From positions 396,302 to 460,301 of the forward strand of contig NMRA01000361.1 of NCBI GenBank assembly GCA_002633005.1: a DNA stretch of 64,000 nt, written 5' to 3'. Below are positions 39,232 to 52,243 of the stretch, one piece after another; positions within the stretch are counted from its first letter, which is position 1, and every line of letters starts with the position of its first letter. Under the pieces are notes generated by a model. It saw only the letters and a program-made list of their open reading frames with translations. It was not told where the DNA came from and did not search any database. Made by a program: the position numbers and the translations under genes. The stretch comes from Phoronis australis. Its lineage: Eukaryota; Animalia; Phoronida.

Positions 39232-41249
39232 ATGAAGGTTTATCTGTAAGCATTACTTTTTATTTTCAACTGAATTTTAGAAAATTGTATTTTTAACTTT
39301 TGAAATAAAAGTTGAAAGAGATTTGTAGATGATACTTTCACTTATTATTTATGTTATTTATGATTTAAACTGGTTTTGAAGATATGCTTCATAAGCAAAG
39401 ACTTAAGTTATGGTCACCAAGTAAATATTTCCATTTCATTGAGCGTAGATTGTTGAAGAGAATAATATCTTTCAGAACCTATACAGGTGTTGTAATTAGT
39501 AAAATGCATATATCTCAAAATATCTTTTATTTCTGGCGCTGATTTAGACTCAACAAAATTTCCTTACTACGCTATCTATCATTTAGTACTGTATACCTGT
39601 TCACCGACAACTAATTTAATCAACGAGGGTACTTAAACATGCTAAAAAGTATTACTCTAACGTATATAATCGTACCGTTGTATATCAGCGCGTTGATATC
39701 AGGTATACACGTCATATGTTGGTCACATCGCGTGACCTATAGTTAAATGTGAAAGGAAGACTAACAATTCTTACTTAGAGTATATTATTGCATTACAAAT
39801 ATTCATTGGACGCTGTGTTTTTAATGACTCACAAATTTTTCATGGGACTCGGTGATTCAGTTGTCCAAAATGATCTTAAAACAATCCAGGAAAATTCTGT
39901 ACTCTACTCTATCTTCAAATGTATGTCTGTCTCAGACTATTTCCAGCAAAGGCCAATATGCGCTTATGAAACGGACGTGCTCATGTCCAACTTTTCAGAG
40001 CTTCGAAACCCTTGTGAAACTGTTTGCAGGACAAGATTTCGAGAAAAATAAAACAATCGTTATATGGAATAAAACAAAATCAGTTACATAGTACCAACAG
40101 CGGTTCACCGTTTAGGTCACTCAGTACGTTTTCAACATTACTTTTGCAGGGTTTTGGCTTTGGTTGGTTTGCTGGTGGTAGCCAATGTCTCGTCAGAAGA
40201 ATCGCATCGTGAGAAAAGGTATGTTGGCATTCGATATCATGATAAACTGTTTTTCTGCTTTTATGTTACACCACACAAAATTTGAGAACAATTCACCTAC
40301 TCACAATTTTGTTGCCATGTATACCGCGCAATTGCTTTAGGGCATTGCATTTTTAGTGAAATAGCGTTCTTCAAAATTTTTAACAAAATTAGTTTGTGCG
40401 TGTACATCAATTAAATACGAACATTTCGCACATTAAAGCCCCGTACATACTATTTTATGCTTAGTGACAATTTTTAGGAAATAGCCGTACGGCGTATTGG
40501 CGTTTTTTATAGGAATGAAAACGATTACATTTCATAGATTAATGCCCCGTACATAGTAGTTAATGCTTAGTGAATATTTTTAGGAAACAGTCGTACCGAT
40601 AATCATGTGGGCGTTTTTCTAGGTACAAAATCGATTACAATTGTCTATTAACTTTCCGAGAAAGCTTTCGAAACATATTAAGATGAAAACTGAGAATTGA
40701 GCTATCCTTCCTGGCTCTCAAGTGTAATGGCAAATCCATGCATTGAAGGATTATTTTTCATTTGTTACAAAGCAGGCAGAGTGCTTTCGGCGGAGTTGAC
40801 ACTTGTTTTGAAATGTAAAAATGTCCACTAATATACTGTAAAGCAAGATGAATTGAATATTTCCAGGACGACAATCTGCGCGAGTTATTAAACCTCCCAA
40901 TAGTGCCGCTGCCAGAGGATGGATTTCCTCAACATCATAGGATTGAGTTCTCGCTATTTCATATTTCAGGGGATGGGCAGGAATAACCAAGTCGGCGCTG
41001 AAATGGGTTGCTCGATCTTTGGGAAATCCTGCCTTCAGATCAAGAGTGGTCAAGCTTTTGAGACAGCAAGGCGGCAGTATGGCAGCAAATATGGTTGACG
41101 ACATGGGCAGGTTGCTGTACAATGTGGCTAATAAGTTGGACTACGTAGACACAGTGACGTGCGGCCTATTTCAAAGCGCAGCTGTTCAAATAGGTCTGCC
41201 GAGTTCTTTTGGACACGCCGTTTGTCAAGTCGTGCTGTTGTTGGTGTAA
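39232..41249 (+). CDS. Uncharacterised secreted prepro-protein, paralogue 2 (120 aa); exons 39232-39245, 40150-40218, 40970-41249
   Basis: MKVYL|VLALVGLLVVANVSSEESHREKR|GWAGITKSALKWVARSLGNPAFRSRVVKLLRQQGGSMAANMVDDMGRLLYNVANKLDYVDTVTCGLFQSAAVQIGLPSSFGHAVCQVVLLLV*. GT-AG introns, TATATATA at 39133-39140, AATAAA at 41286-41291. Confidence 0.88.
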
Positions 41250-41477
41250 GGTCTCACTGAGCCAAAGTTACCTTATTGCTTGAATAATAAAGAATGTCCT
41301 GGAGCTTGATTTTTTTCCGATGGATGCACCCCGGCAAAATCCCATTGCTTCAAAATTCTTTTTTCACTATAGAAACCGAAAGTCCATCGAGGAAGATTTC
41401 GCAATATTGTGCATTTTGCACTAAGGCATTACCAGGAAGGATCATGAGGGAAAATTTGACGATGTTTCCTATTTTTC

Positions 41478-42262
41478 TTTCCTTTATTTATTTGTACACA
41501 TAGCCATCGGCTCAAAGTACAACAAACAAACAAACAAACAAACAAACAAGATCATTGGAGTGCTATGCACTCTAGTCAGCAATACACAAGTTGTTCCGTT
41601 TTTTAGATGCGTAGTTCACATATATATTTCACAACTAAGGTCTCGGGAGTACATAACAGTCTATGAGATTTAAACAAAGAGGGAGTTGTCCAGAGGCTCT
41701 CCTTTAGAAACTTAGCTTCGGAAAAAGCGTCGCAAACTAACAAAAAGCGATATTCTTCTTCGATACAATTCCTCGTCTTTATATATCACATTTACGTGAC
41801 GACCAGTTTCTATTCGCAACCTGTGGTTTGCACATTGGAAAAGTGTAAAAATTTGCACTAACACTCTTGCAAGATCATCAATTTTAAATAGTTTTCATGT
41901 TCAAATAGAACCTTAAAGTTTTTGTAATAGTTTAACTTAGAAATGGAATCAACATCGGACTGCCATCTTTGAAAAGCCCAGTCCTTAACACGTTGCGAGA
42001 AAATATTTACAAGCGACTCTTGACACGCGATTCCTTGGTTTACCCAAACATCATAGAGACCATATATTGACAATACTTTGCGGACTGAGCTTACCCAATT
42101 ATACAAATGTCTACCATTTTCATCTAATCTATACGTTATGTTGTAAGCAGCCCTTGGATAATGTTCCTGTAGCACATTCAAAATTTTAAACCAGTATTTA
42201 ATACAGCTAACAAAGTATCTCGTAAACATTCACCCAATACTGCAAAGTTAGAGCAAGAACCG
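41478..42262 (-). mobile_element. 5'-truncated non-LTR retrotransposon (RTE-X/CR1-like ORF2 C-terminus) with 10-bp TSD
   Basis: ORF 41858-42229 (NWVSSVRKVLSIYGLYDVW.NQG...KLNYYKNFK..FEHENYL), then 'NHRLRIETGRH'. (TTTG)n near the 3' end; TSD CCTATTTTTC at 41468-41477 and 42263-42272; empty site in block A at ~21478. Confidence 0.85.
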
Positions 42263-44629
42263 CCTATTTTTCGAAAATATTGATGCCATCATGACGATTA
42301 GATTAGTTTTCCATAAAATGGGCTCATTTTTTTGTATGACATATCTTAACGAAGTAGTTGTGATTAGAATTGAAAATGTTGATTCCAACGTACGCTATCG
42401 AAAATTCCCCACAGGCGCTCCCTGGTATAATGTTATGTATAGGTGGCGCTGAAGTCAAATATAATCTCAGACATGACCTATGATCGCCGCCATTTGGATA
42501 CGCGCAAGGGTTGTTAGGAATTGTTTGTGTTCGGAGGAGATTTCTCAACAACACTCCAGTAAGGGACAGCGTGTGGGTGATAATCAGAGCTACCTGAAAG
42601 AAAGTTTATTCAAATCGGGTTATAGGTTTTAACTATCATTTGCAGACTTAGTCGCGTGAAAAAAGTATACCAAGAAGATCATCCAAACCCATAACATTTT
42701 TTATCTCATTAGAAAGAATCTACTTCGCCACAATCCGAAAGTCGTTTCTTAATGGGTTTAACAAATTTTAGTGAAATGATCTCAGTTGATCTGATTATTC
42801 ATCTTGCAAACAATGTCAGCTCGTCTTTTTGTTTTTAAGTTATTTAGTTTTCCATTTAAACCAACACCTGCTTAATTTCCGAAAAAGGACGACACGTGCG
42901 AGTGTTTTTTTTTCTGAAAAACCGCTGATGGAAATAAGGGCTTTCTTTCGGAAGCAAGTTTCGCTTTGAATGGCATATTAACTGAACACCATAAGCAAGA
43001 CATTGGAACAATGTTGCGTTAACAGTTTAAACATGCAGTGTCACTCTATCAACACACAAAAAACAAAGGCAACGTGAACCGGAGTGGCATTTTTGAGCCA
43101 ACATATCATCCTCAAGCGCAAAAGTTACATTTTAGACTAAAAGTTCGAATTATTGGGTAAAAATGCACGATTCAGTTTGAAGTCTTACATAATGATCAAT
43201 TTTTTCTTAACAGTCACTAAGAACTTTATAAAATCCGTTTCATGCAAGTGTCACAATAAAAATGTTATGACACAATGCATATAAACTGGGTAACTGGTCC
43301 TGGGAACAATAACATTTCCTAAACCAGCTCAGTTGCTAAGTCGACCATTTCAGCATCTTCATGAATAGTTTCCCTTAAACAGGCAACAATGATATTACTC
43401 TGTAGCTGTTTTCGCCGGATTGACAGTCCTGCTTCAGTGAATATGTGGGTCAGCATTGCGTCACAGTATGCTTGTGACTGAAATTTTTGCTAACTAAAAG
43501 TAATTCTAAAATCGTAGCCATAAACAATGAGGTATTCTTAAACATTTAGAAAAGAAACCCACCAATCCAGGTGCTTTGAATCTGGAAGAGCTTGGATTGC
43601 CTCATTAATTTCTGTAGCAGTAAAATAGATATTCAGTTCATGCGCAATATTTCCTTCCACACATTCATCCTATGAGCTACTAAGTCTCTCTCAGTTGTTT
43701 ATGTCATTACCAAAGCTGAAATCTCTCCAATAGTATTTTGAAATATTCAAACCACCTTTCGAATGACATCGGAAGTTGAAATACTATTTTTACCCATAGT
43801 ACTTTTAATAACTTTCCAAAACGTTTTTGGGTTACCCTTGTTCTTAGTAAAGCATCAGTTCCCGGCCAGCTGCTCATAAAAACACAATATATTCCATATG
43901 TAACATAATTTTAAAAATAGTGCTCGATCCAGCAACGCTTTTGCTCAGACCTGCAAGAAACGCGTTTATTTATAAATAATTACCAGGAAATTATACTTTA
44001 ATAAATTGCTTCTCACGCCAGGTACACAATATTGGTAGACCACTCTGTTATCACCCTCCCTTTGTGATGTTAGACAAGTACCATACGCTACTGCTCTCCC
44101 TCCTTCCTCCCAACCCGTCTCTCTCCTTCCTGCCCCCTCCCAACCCGTCTCTCTCCTTCCTGCCCCCTCTTTCCCTTCTGTTCCATTTCCTTTCCTTACC
44201 CTACCCCGAGGCTTTTGCGTGGTCACTTCTTTATAAAAACGGTATCATAACATTGTTCACGTTTCGTAACGAAACTTTAGGTTTTGATATTTGAACTTGT
44301 TAAATTGTGAATTGTGAAAAATAGAAAGTTTATAATAAGAAGACAATAATTAGGCCAAAGTTATAATTAATTGTCTTTTCTGATAGCACTAAAACCGGCA
44401 GCTTTACATCATGTTTAAACGAATTATTTTAAATTTAAAAACCTAGAAAATTTGTTTAGGCTATCTAGGAGTACAGTTTTGCAGAAAAGTGTTCTCAAAC
44501 GCGTGTTTGCTTCAGTGTAACCGTGTTTTAAATGCGCCTTTTAGAATGCCCGAGACAATCTATTATTTGATTAATAATGACACAATGAACATGAACTCTA
44601 CATTTCATTGATAGAATTACAACAAAATT

Positions 44630-45330
44630 AAGTGATTTATTGAAATACACACATATGGCCATGGGCCTTAAGTATAACATATACAAGACAGAACATTGTC
44701 AGGTGCTTTACAAACTGGATAATAAATTGGGACATTTAAGAGCATGATGGATGAATTTTGGAAGAAGGATATCCGGAGTTCTCATGAGAGATTCAAATTT
44801 AGACGTCGTGGGAGAATGACAGAAACGATCATTTAAAGTACTTAACCCGAAGGTCTTGGTACGCACTGCAAACTGACGCGAGATGGTACTCGTCCTCTAC
44901 ACATCCCGAATTACATAACACACACAACCTATTTTTATAGGAAATATTTGTGTGGCGACCTCTTTCCATTAGTAACGAATGATTTGAACATCGCAATCGA
45001 GTCAGAGACTGGATGAAAACACATGGGATACAAACTATTTCTAGATAATTTTCAAGACAATACATTGTTTTATACCTCACATAGTAAGGCAGTTTTGCGT
45101 TACATTTGACATCAGATTGCCGGCCTTGCAAATAACAGTCACTGACACACATTGAGAAAAAACTGTCAAGAAATACGCTTGGTTTACCACACCCTGATTA
45201 ACCCATACACCTGAAAAACCATACACAGACAGAAGTTTCCTTACAAAACGTGCCCAGTTATAAGAAGATCCTCCGATCAATGTACAACTTTCAACGCAGT
45301 GTTTTACAGGCAGTTGAAAACTGCACATCT
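44630..45330 (-). mobile_element. Second 5'-truncated non-LTR retrotransposon fragment, same clade
   Basis: NWARFVRKLLSVYGFSGVWVNQG and LRCSNHSLLMERGRH...RLCVLC...EDEYH...C..Y.DLR zinc-knuckle-like C-terminus, frameshifted. Absent from the paralogous site in block A. Confidence 0.8.
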
Positions 45331-46718
45331 AAATGGAGTGGAAAACGTTAAAATGAAATGAAACTTGTGTTTAAACCGCCCACAGCTCAGACCCCGCTTG
45401 CTATATTATCACAATTTGTGTTTCATGATTAAGACGTCCCAGCCACTTACGCTTTTTAGTTGTAAGAATCTCAAAATTACTTTTCTTCCTTCATAATATA
45501 TTGTAATTCAGTATCCCTGTTTCTCGGAAAAGAAGTTCCAATGGGGTCACCAAACATGTGTTATCAGGTCAGGCCAAGGCCATGTTATGATTTGTTTAAA
45601 CAATGATTTCAAAGTAAATCCTGATGTTTTAAAATTTTTAAAGTTCATGTGGAGTCCAGATTAATTGCGATTAAGTCCAAATGTGCGCTACATCGTACTC
45701 CACAACACGAGAAAAATCTCTGGATGAACACACATGTTGTTATCACGTGACGTTTGTTTTGAAGGTCGTCTGCGTATGAGAGTGTGCGGATCGTCGACGA
45801 TAGACTTTTTTGTTACAAAAGGCGGAGGATTATGCAAGAAAATGGCGTTTACTAGATTGTTTTTCATTTAAACAGTACACACCATGGATTTTTGCACATT
45901 TTGAATTACCGGTGGCCACAGACTAAATGTATGACGTAAAATTTAGCTAAACCCATGTTTATTTTGTGTAATTAGCTCAAAATTTTGATTTTTCTTTCAA
46001 TTTTGCCAATTTTCACATTTCCCGCCATGTGACGTCATGGGTTGAACACAAGAGATCAGTGACTAGCATTGAACAATGGCGGAGACCAGGGAATTTGAAA
46101 GTGACGACGATNGAAAGCGCCATCTTCCCGCGCCATCTTTAAATACTGATCGAAAACGAGGCACAATGATAAACCCTCATGAGTGATCATCAGCTGGCCA
46201 TGGTGTACAGTGCAGTGCCTGAACATACCAATTCCAGTAATACCTCGTCGGTATCCTTCCCAGGGATATACTTAGCCATTCGCCCAATCGCCAATGCGAG
46301 TAAAAATGGTGCTGGGCGAGTAGAAGTTGACTTGCCGGTCGCCCGGTGGCGAGCGAATTTCAGAGCGCAAAAGCACTATATATCGTTTCCCAGATAAATA
46401 TGAATAATTTTCCTCCTCCTTGTGCTGTTTTTATCATGAATTTCAGGTTCAGTTTGGTCATCGTGTCGATGCTCCGGCAGTAAAAAACATCGGCGCAGTG
46501 CGACCCTACCGATTTAGTACATGTCACCCGTTACGCGATTCGTCAAAAAAACAGTGTGTGGTCGTGCACAAAGAATTTGTGGACTAGTCCGACTGAAACG
46601 AAGAAAAGGGGAGAAAGGTGGAAGACCGGTCCATGTGCTCATAGCAAATGAAATACCATTATTTGGAACTGATTTCTTATTGTAATGTACAATGTCATTT
46701 TAGCCAAAATTATTTTTA

Positions 46719-47830
46719 TAACATTCGTCCTAATAAGCGCCCATGCCCATGCCCCTATAAGCGTCCCCACTCGTTTTCAGACTTCGCTAAAATAAGCTCC
46801 CAGTCCATGAATGTGTATATATCAGTGCGAAAAATGTTTTACCTCACAGTTCTAAAATTCTACAGTAAATGTATTCAATTTATCAATAATATCCGACAAT
46901 TCTGAAAAATCATTGTGCGCAGAATTTCTAGTAGACCACGAGCCTCGCCGCTATGTCGGTATTTAGCCGTGGCTGTACACTTCAAACCATTCCGCAGTGC
47001 TTCAAAAAGAACGCAAAAGATTTGCTGATCTTGCGAGGAAAGTGTCACTATATGATCTGGCCCTGATCAGAACAGACGCAGCGTACTCATGTCAACGGGA
47101 TTGGTATTGTATATTTCCCGTCCAGATCTTCTCCCACAACAGGAATCCAGATTGCTTTGTACACGAAAAATTATAAAAACCGCGAATCGAAACTTGGCCA
47201 AGAAGCGCGCGCTAGGGACCACATATAACACGTGGGCCTGCTCAATGCGATAAATATACTACATATACAGCTCATTGGGCCTGCTACTCAGGCAAATGAA
47301 CACTGATGACGCGCACGCGCTCGCTCACTCGGTGCACACCAGCTAACTCACTTCAACACAAACGTCACGTGACAACAACATATGTGTTCGTCCAGAGTTT
47401 TCTCGTTGCGGGGTGCGATCTAGCGCAGATTTTGACTTAATCTGCGGTTAATCCCGACTCCGAGTCCACAGGAACTTAAGAATCTTAGGAAAGGCTATTT
47501 GGGAGGATTTCAGGTAATTTGAGTCGAAACTATTTTTACTCAATAATTCAAGTTGTCCTATCGACGATCGCGAAGCAGCGACGCATCAGTCGGCAAGTTT
47601 TCGCCCTGGGATTTCAGCACATTAATTTTAAAAAGATCGTAATTTAACAAAAGAGTTTGATAGCAATGCACCACAGTTTTGTAGCTAGCCTGTCATAGGT
47701 TACACATACGTCACAGCGCGTAAATTTGATGAATCCTAGCTTCCGATTTCACCCGTTTCGGAGACCAGGTTTTAACTGCCGTAGGCTACAAAAAGAGTCC
47801 CCCTGGGCGCTTATTAGAGCGAATACGGTA
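46719..47830. mobile_element. ~1.1-kb non-autonomous TIR element (TACCGTATTCGC-TAATAAGCGCCC termini; Tc1/mariner-pogo-like, TA target)
   Basis: ATTCGTCCTAATAAGCGCCC at 46723 and GGGCGCTTATTAGAGCGAATACGGTA at 47805-47830. Confidence 0.65.
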
Positions 47831-47904
47831 GCCCTAATAGATGGTGACATCAGTGCACGAAACGATGATTTTTATTTAAATTAGCAGCAAGTTTGTGGTG
47901 ACTG

Positions 47905-48603
47905 NNNNNNNNNNNNNNNNNNNNNNNNNNNNNNNNNNNNNNNNNNNNNNNNNNNNNNNNNNNNNNNNNNNNNNNNNNNNNNNNNNNNNNNNNNNNNNNN
48001 NNNNNNNNNNNNNNNNNNNNNNNNNNNNNNNNNNNNNNNNNNNNNNNNNNNNNNNNNNNNNNNNNNNNNNNNNNNNNNNNNNNNNNNNNNNNNNNNNNNN
48101 NNNNNNNNNNNNNNNNNNNNNNNNNNNNNNNNNNNNNNNNNNNNNNNNNNNNNNNNNNNNNNNNNNNNNNNNNNNNNNNNNNNNNNNNNNNNNNNNNNNN
48201 NNNNNNNNNNNNNNNNNNNNNNNNNNNNNNNNNNNNNNNNNNNNNNNNNNNNNNNNNNNNNNNNNNNNNNNNNNNNNNNNNNNNNNNNNNNNNNNNNNNN
48301 NNNNNNNNNNNNNNNNNNNNNNNNNNNNNNNNNNNNNNNNNNNNNNNNNNNNNNNNNNNNNNNNNNNNNNNNNNNNNNNNNNNNNNNNNNNNNNNNNNNN
48401 NNNNNNNNNNNNNNNNNNNNNNNNNNNNNNNNNNNNNNNNNNNNNNNNNNNNNNNNNNNNNNNNNNNNNNNNNNNNNNNNNNNNNNNNNNNNNNNNNNNN
48501 NNNNNNNNNNNNNNNNNNNNNNNNNNNNNNNNNNNNNNNNNNNNNNNNNNNNNNNNNNNNNNNNNNNNNNNNNNNNNNNNNNNNNNNNNNNNNNNNNNNN
48601 NNN
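47905..48603. other. Assembly gap (N run); a smaller gap at 7402-7422
   Basis: Runs of N. Confidence 1.
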
Positions 48604-50382
48604 AAAGTATTTTGAATATTGCAATGCATGTGTTCCAAAATCTAAATAACTTGGGTCCTATATTTTTGTATTAGTGCGCGCCGAATGAAAGTAATCGTGA
48701 GTGTTGCTGTGTTGCAAAATCTCTTATCCTGGGCCGATTTGAAAAATTCAAAGTTGTACTCATATTTGTTTTCGCTCCTCTACGTAAAACTCTCTCCATA
48801 AAAAGTACAGTCTGCTAGCTAGATTGTAATCAGCTGATCATATCCGCATGAGCGAAGCCAATTATCCTCGCTCGTGACTCGATGACTAGAGCAGCTCGGC
48901 GGCATCCCTTTGATCGTGAGCCGAGCGCGACTCAGCCAAGGTGGATAAATACGGTCTAGTTCAATTTTCCATACCCCACCGTTTACCTTAACCACCGGGG
49001 TTAGAACCAATCTTATTTAGTGGGAATGTTCATAGCATGTTTAGCCAACTTTCGAAATATAACGTTTTAATTCTTTGTTTGAATTAGTTCAATGACAGCT
49101 CTAAACCGATGATAATGACGATGTAATGTTGTTTAGTTACCAATTGAATGACATTTTGGCTCACACATCAAACGAAATCACACGAAATGGTGGAGTTGTA
49201 CAACCAATTTGCTAAAGTGAACCGATTTTACAGCAATGGATGTTACTGAACAAGTCTAACATTGTTTTACATGAGTTGCGAATTAAAGGGAAAACACTCG
49301 ATTTTACGGCTGAAAACCGCATTTTATTATTTGTGTGGGCTGATGTGATACTAGGCTTCTTGAAGTTATTTTAACTTTGACCTGAGTTATACAAACTAAA
49401 TCCGTTGTGTGTGTTTTTATGATTTTGTTGTAAATCACCAATCCTCACCGTTGTCTGCCAAATATTTGCTGAAATCAAGGCCACGCACTCTCTTCACCAT
49501 TCAAATACGCTTAACTGACACACTTTGATATTTCAACCAAAGCTGCTGTCACAACAGAGATATTAGGTTCGATTTCGCGATCCTGCTAGTTCTATGAAAA
49601 TGTACTATTCTAGCCGTGAATGTCCAATTAAGGGGTCTTAATGAAGTACTCAAGAAACTCATTAGCCACAGAAGACAGCTTCGATAACCATATCTCCTCT
49701 TGTTCTTTATCAAAGTTTTAGAGATTTTTGGGCTTTGGAAATGCAGCTCTGAGATATGATATTTCTTAGGTGCCATCTCACCAAGAGTGTTATTTTGATC
49801 ACAAAAATCTAACAGCTGTATTCAGTCAGTCATAGTTTGGATCTCACGAATACTACTGCAGATGCGCACTCATTGTTACGCACCCCTGAATGTATTGGGA
49901 GATGTCTGACTGATAGATACATGAAAAATTCTTTCATGATTGAATAGCATTGCCATACAGTTCCGGATGCATTGCGGCTTAAGTGTATCGACTTTCAGTA
50001 TCAGTTGTGAACTAATTGCTGAGCAGTTCCGGATGTACTGGGGCTTTAACAGCGCAGGCCTTAAACTTTAGACGGATAGCTACTATTTCCTCTACGCCCC
50101 CTGCTAGGTTGTCTCTTTAATTGGATAGACCTTGACATTAAGCGTTGTTTGCATTCCAAACTATTAGTTTGCAAATGGTAAACAAATTGCATTTTCCTTT
50201 CCAGAAAATCGTCGTTGAATTATACATGTACATGTAGCATTACGTAAATAAACAAGATGATTATGCGTCCCCGCATCGGTCTGTTCTAGTATATAAACGG
50301 CCTTTTTCAAGCCAAGTCCTTCAACAGTTTCATCAAGCTGGGTTTCCTGGTTAGAGGCACTTCAAGAACTCACAAAAACAAG

Positions 50383-52178
50383 ATGAAAGTTTATTTGTAC
50401 GTATTATTTGTTTTTCAACCGAATATTAGAAAACTGTATTTTTAACTTCGGAAATGAAAGTTGGAAGAAATTTGAAGATGATCTTTACTCGTATTACTTA
50501 TGTCATTTATGATTTAAACTGGTTTTTGAAGACATGCCATATAAGCAAAAATTATATTATATGTATTTTCATTTCACTGAGTTTGGAATGTTGAAGAAAA
50601 TATACCGATACAGGTGTTGCAGTTAGTGAAATACGTGCATCTCAAACTAACTTTTGTTACTGGCACTGATTTAGACACTACAAAATCTCCTTACCACGCT
50701 ATCTGTCATTCAGTGCTGTAGGCTTGTTCATCGACAACTAATTTAATCCACGAGCGTACTTTAGAATGTTAAAACGTATTACTCTATCGTATATAATGGT
50801 GCTGTTGTAATACCCAAAAATTATTAATCTTCATACACACCATATGTTGGTCACAACGCGTGACCTGAAAGGAAGGCTAACAATTCTTATTTATAGCATA
50901 ATATTGTAACATAAATATTTATTGGACGCTGTGTTTTCAGTGGCTCTCAAATCGTTCATGGGATCCTGAGCATGAGTTGCCCGAAATAATCTAAGTCCAG
51001 AAAATTGTGTACTCAACTTTACCTTCAAACGTAAGTCTGTCTCACCAGCAAAAGCCAATATGCGCTTGGGACAAGGACACTATCACGTCCCACTTTTCAG
51101 AACTTTGAAAACCATGTGAAATTGTCTGCAGGACAAAAGTTCAAGTAAAACCACTCGTTATATAGAATAAAACTTAATCAGTTATGCAGTAGCAACAGCG
51201 GTTCATAGTTTAACGGTTTCAACAATATGTTTCCAGGGTTTTGGCTTTGTTAGGTTTGCTGGTGGTGACCAATGCCTCGTCAGAAAAATCGCATCGTGAG
51301 AAAAGGTAGGTTGGTGTCATGAAAAAAACTTTTTCTGCCACACTACAAATTTGTGCACAGATTGCCTACTCACAAATCCTCTGTGCATTAAGATAGTGTT
51401 TAGGACATTGCATGTTTAAGTGAAATTAAGTTCTTCAAAACTTTAAACAAACCCTTTAACTTGTTTAACGAGTTTTGAACATGAAATAAGAACATGTCGA
51501 ACATTAAATCCCTGTACTTATGTTTAGTGACAACTTTCAGGAAACAGCCGTACGGAAAATCGTTTGGGTGATTTTTCCAGGAATAAAAACGATTACAGAT
51601 GTCTTTTAATTTTCCGAAAAAGCCGTCGAAAGCTGTTAAAATGAAACTGAGAACTATGCTATCATTCCTGGCTGGCTCTCAAGTTTAACGGGAAATCAAG
51701 CAAATCCATGCGTTGAAGGTTTTTATTAAGTACAAAGCAGTCAGGTGTTCGGCCAGATCGACGCTTGTTTTGAAATGCAAAAAGGTCAACTAATATCCTG
51801 TAAAGCAACCTGAACTCCACTCCACAATAATGCTGCTGCCAGTGGATGGATTTCCTCAACATTCGTAATATGAGAGCTCAGGCTATTTCATATTTCAGGG
51901 GATGGGCAAAAATAACAAAGACGGCGTTGAAATGGGTTGCTCGATCTTTGGGAAATCCTGCCTTCAGATCAAGAGTGAAAAGGCTTTTGAGAGAGTACGG
52001 CAGCAGAGCGGCAGCAAATATGGTTGACGACATGGGCGGCTTGCTGTACAATGTGGCTAATAAACTGGACTACGTAGACACATTGGCGTGTAGCCTGTTT
52101 GAAAACGCAGCTGTTCAACTAGGTCTGCCGAGTTCTTTTGGTCACGCAGTTTGTCAAGTCGTGCTGTTGTTGGTGTGA
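50383..52178 (+). CDS. Uncharacterised secreted prepro-protein, paralogue 3 (120 aa); exons 50383-50396, 51237-51305, 51899-52178
   Basis: MKVYL|VLALLGLLVVTNASSEKSHREKR|GWAKITKTALKWVARSLGNPAFRSRVKRLLREYGSRAAANMVDDMGGLLYNVANKLDYVDTLACSLFENAAVQLGLPSSFGHAVCQVVLLLV*. TATATAAA at 50290-50297, AATAAA at 52215-52220. Confidence 0.88.
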
Positions 52179-52243
52179 GGTCTCATTTAGCCAAAGTTGC
52201 CTCGCTGCTTGAATAATAAAGAATGCTGTGGAACTTGTTTTTT

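Noticed and set aside
47850-48674. Long 247-262 aa ORFs
   Set aside because: Artefacts of the N gap.
51846-51898. ORF-track N-terminus MDFLNIRNMRAQAISYFR as the start of a single-exon 110-aa protein
   Set aside because: The equivalent stretch is frameshifted in copy 1 and indel- or stop-disrupted in copy 2, and it ends in a conserved TCATATTTCAG acceptor. It is intron 2; the real start is two exons upstream.
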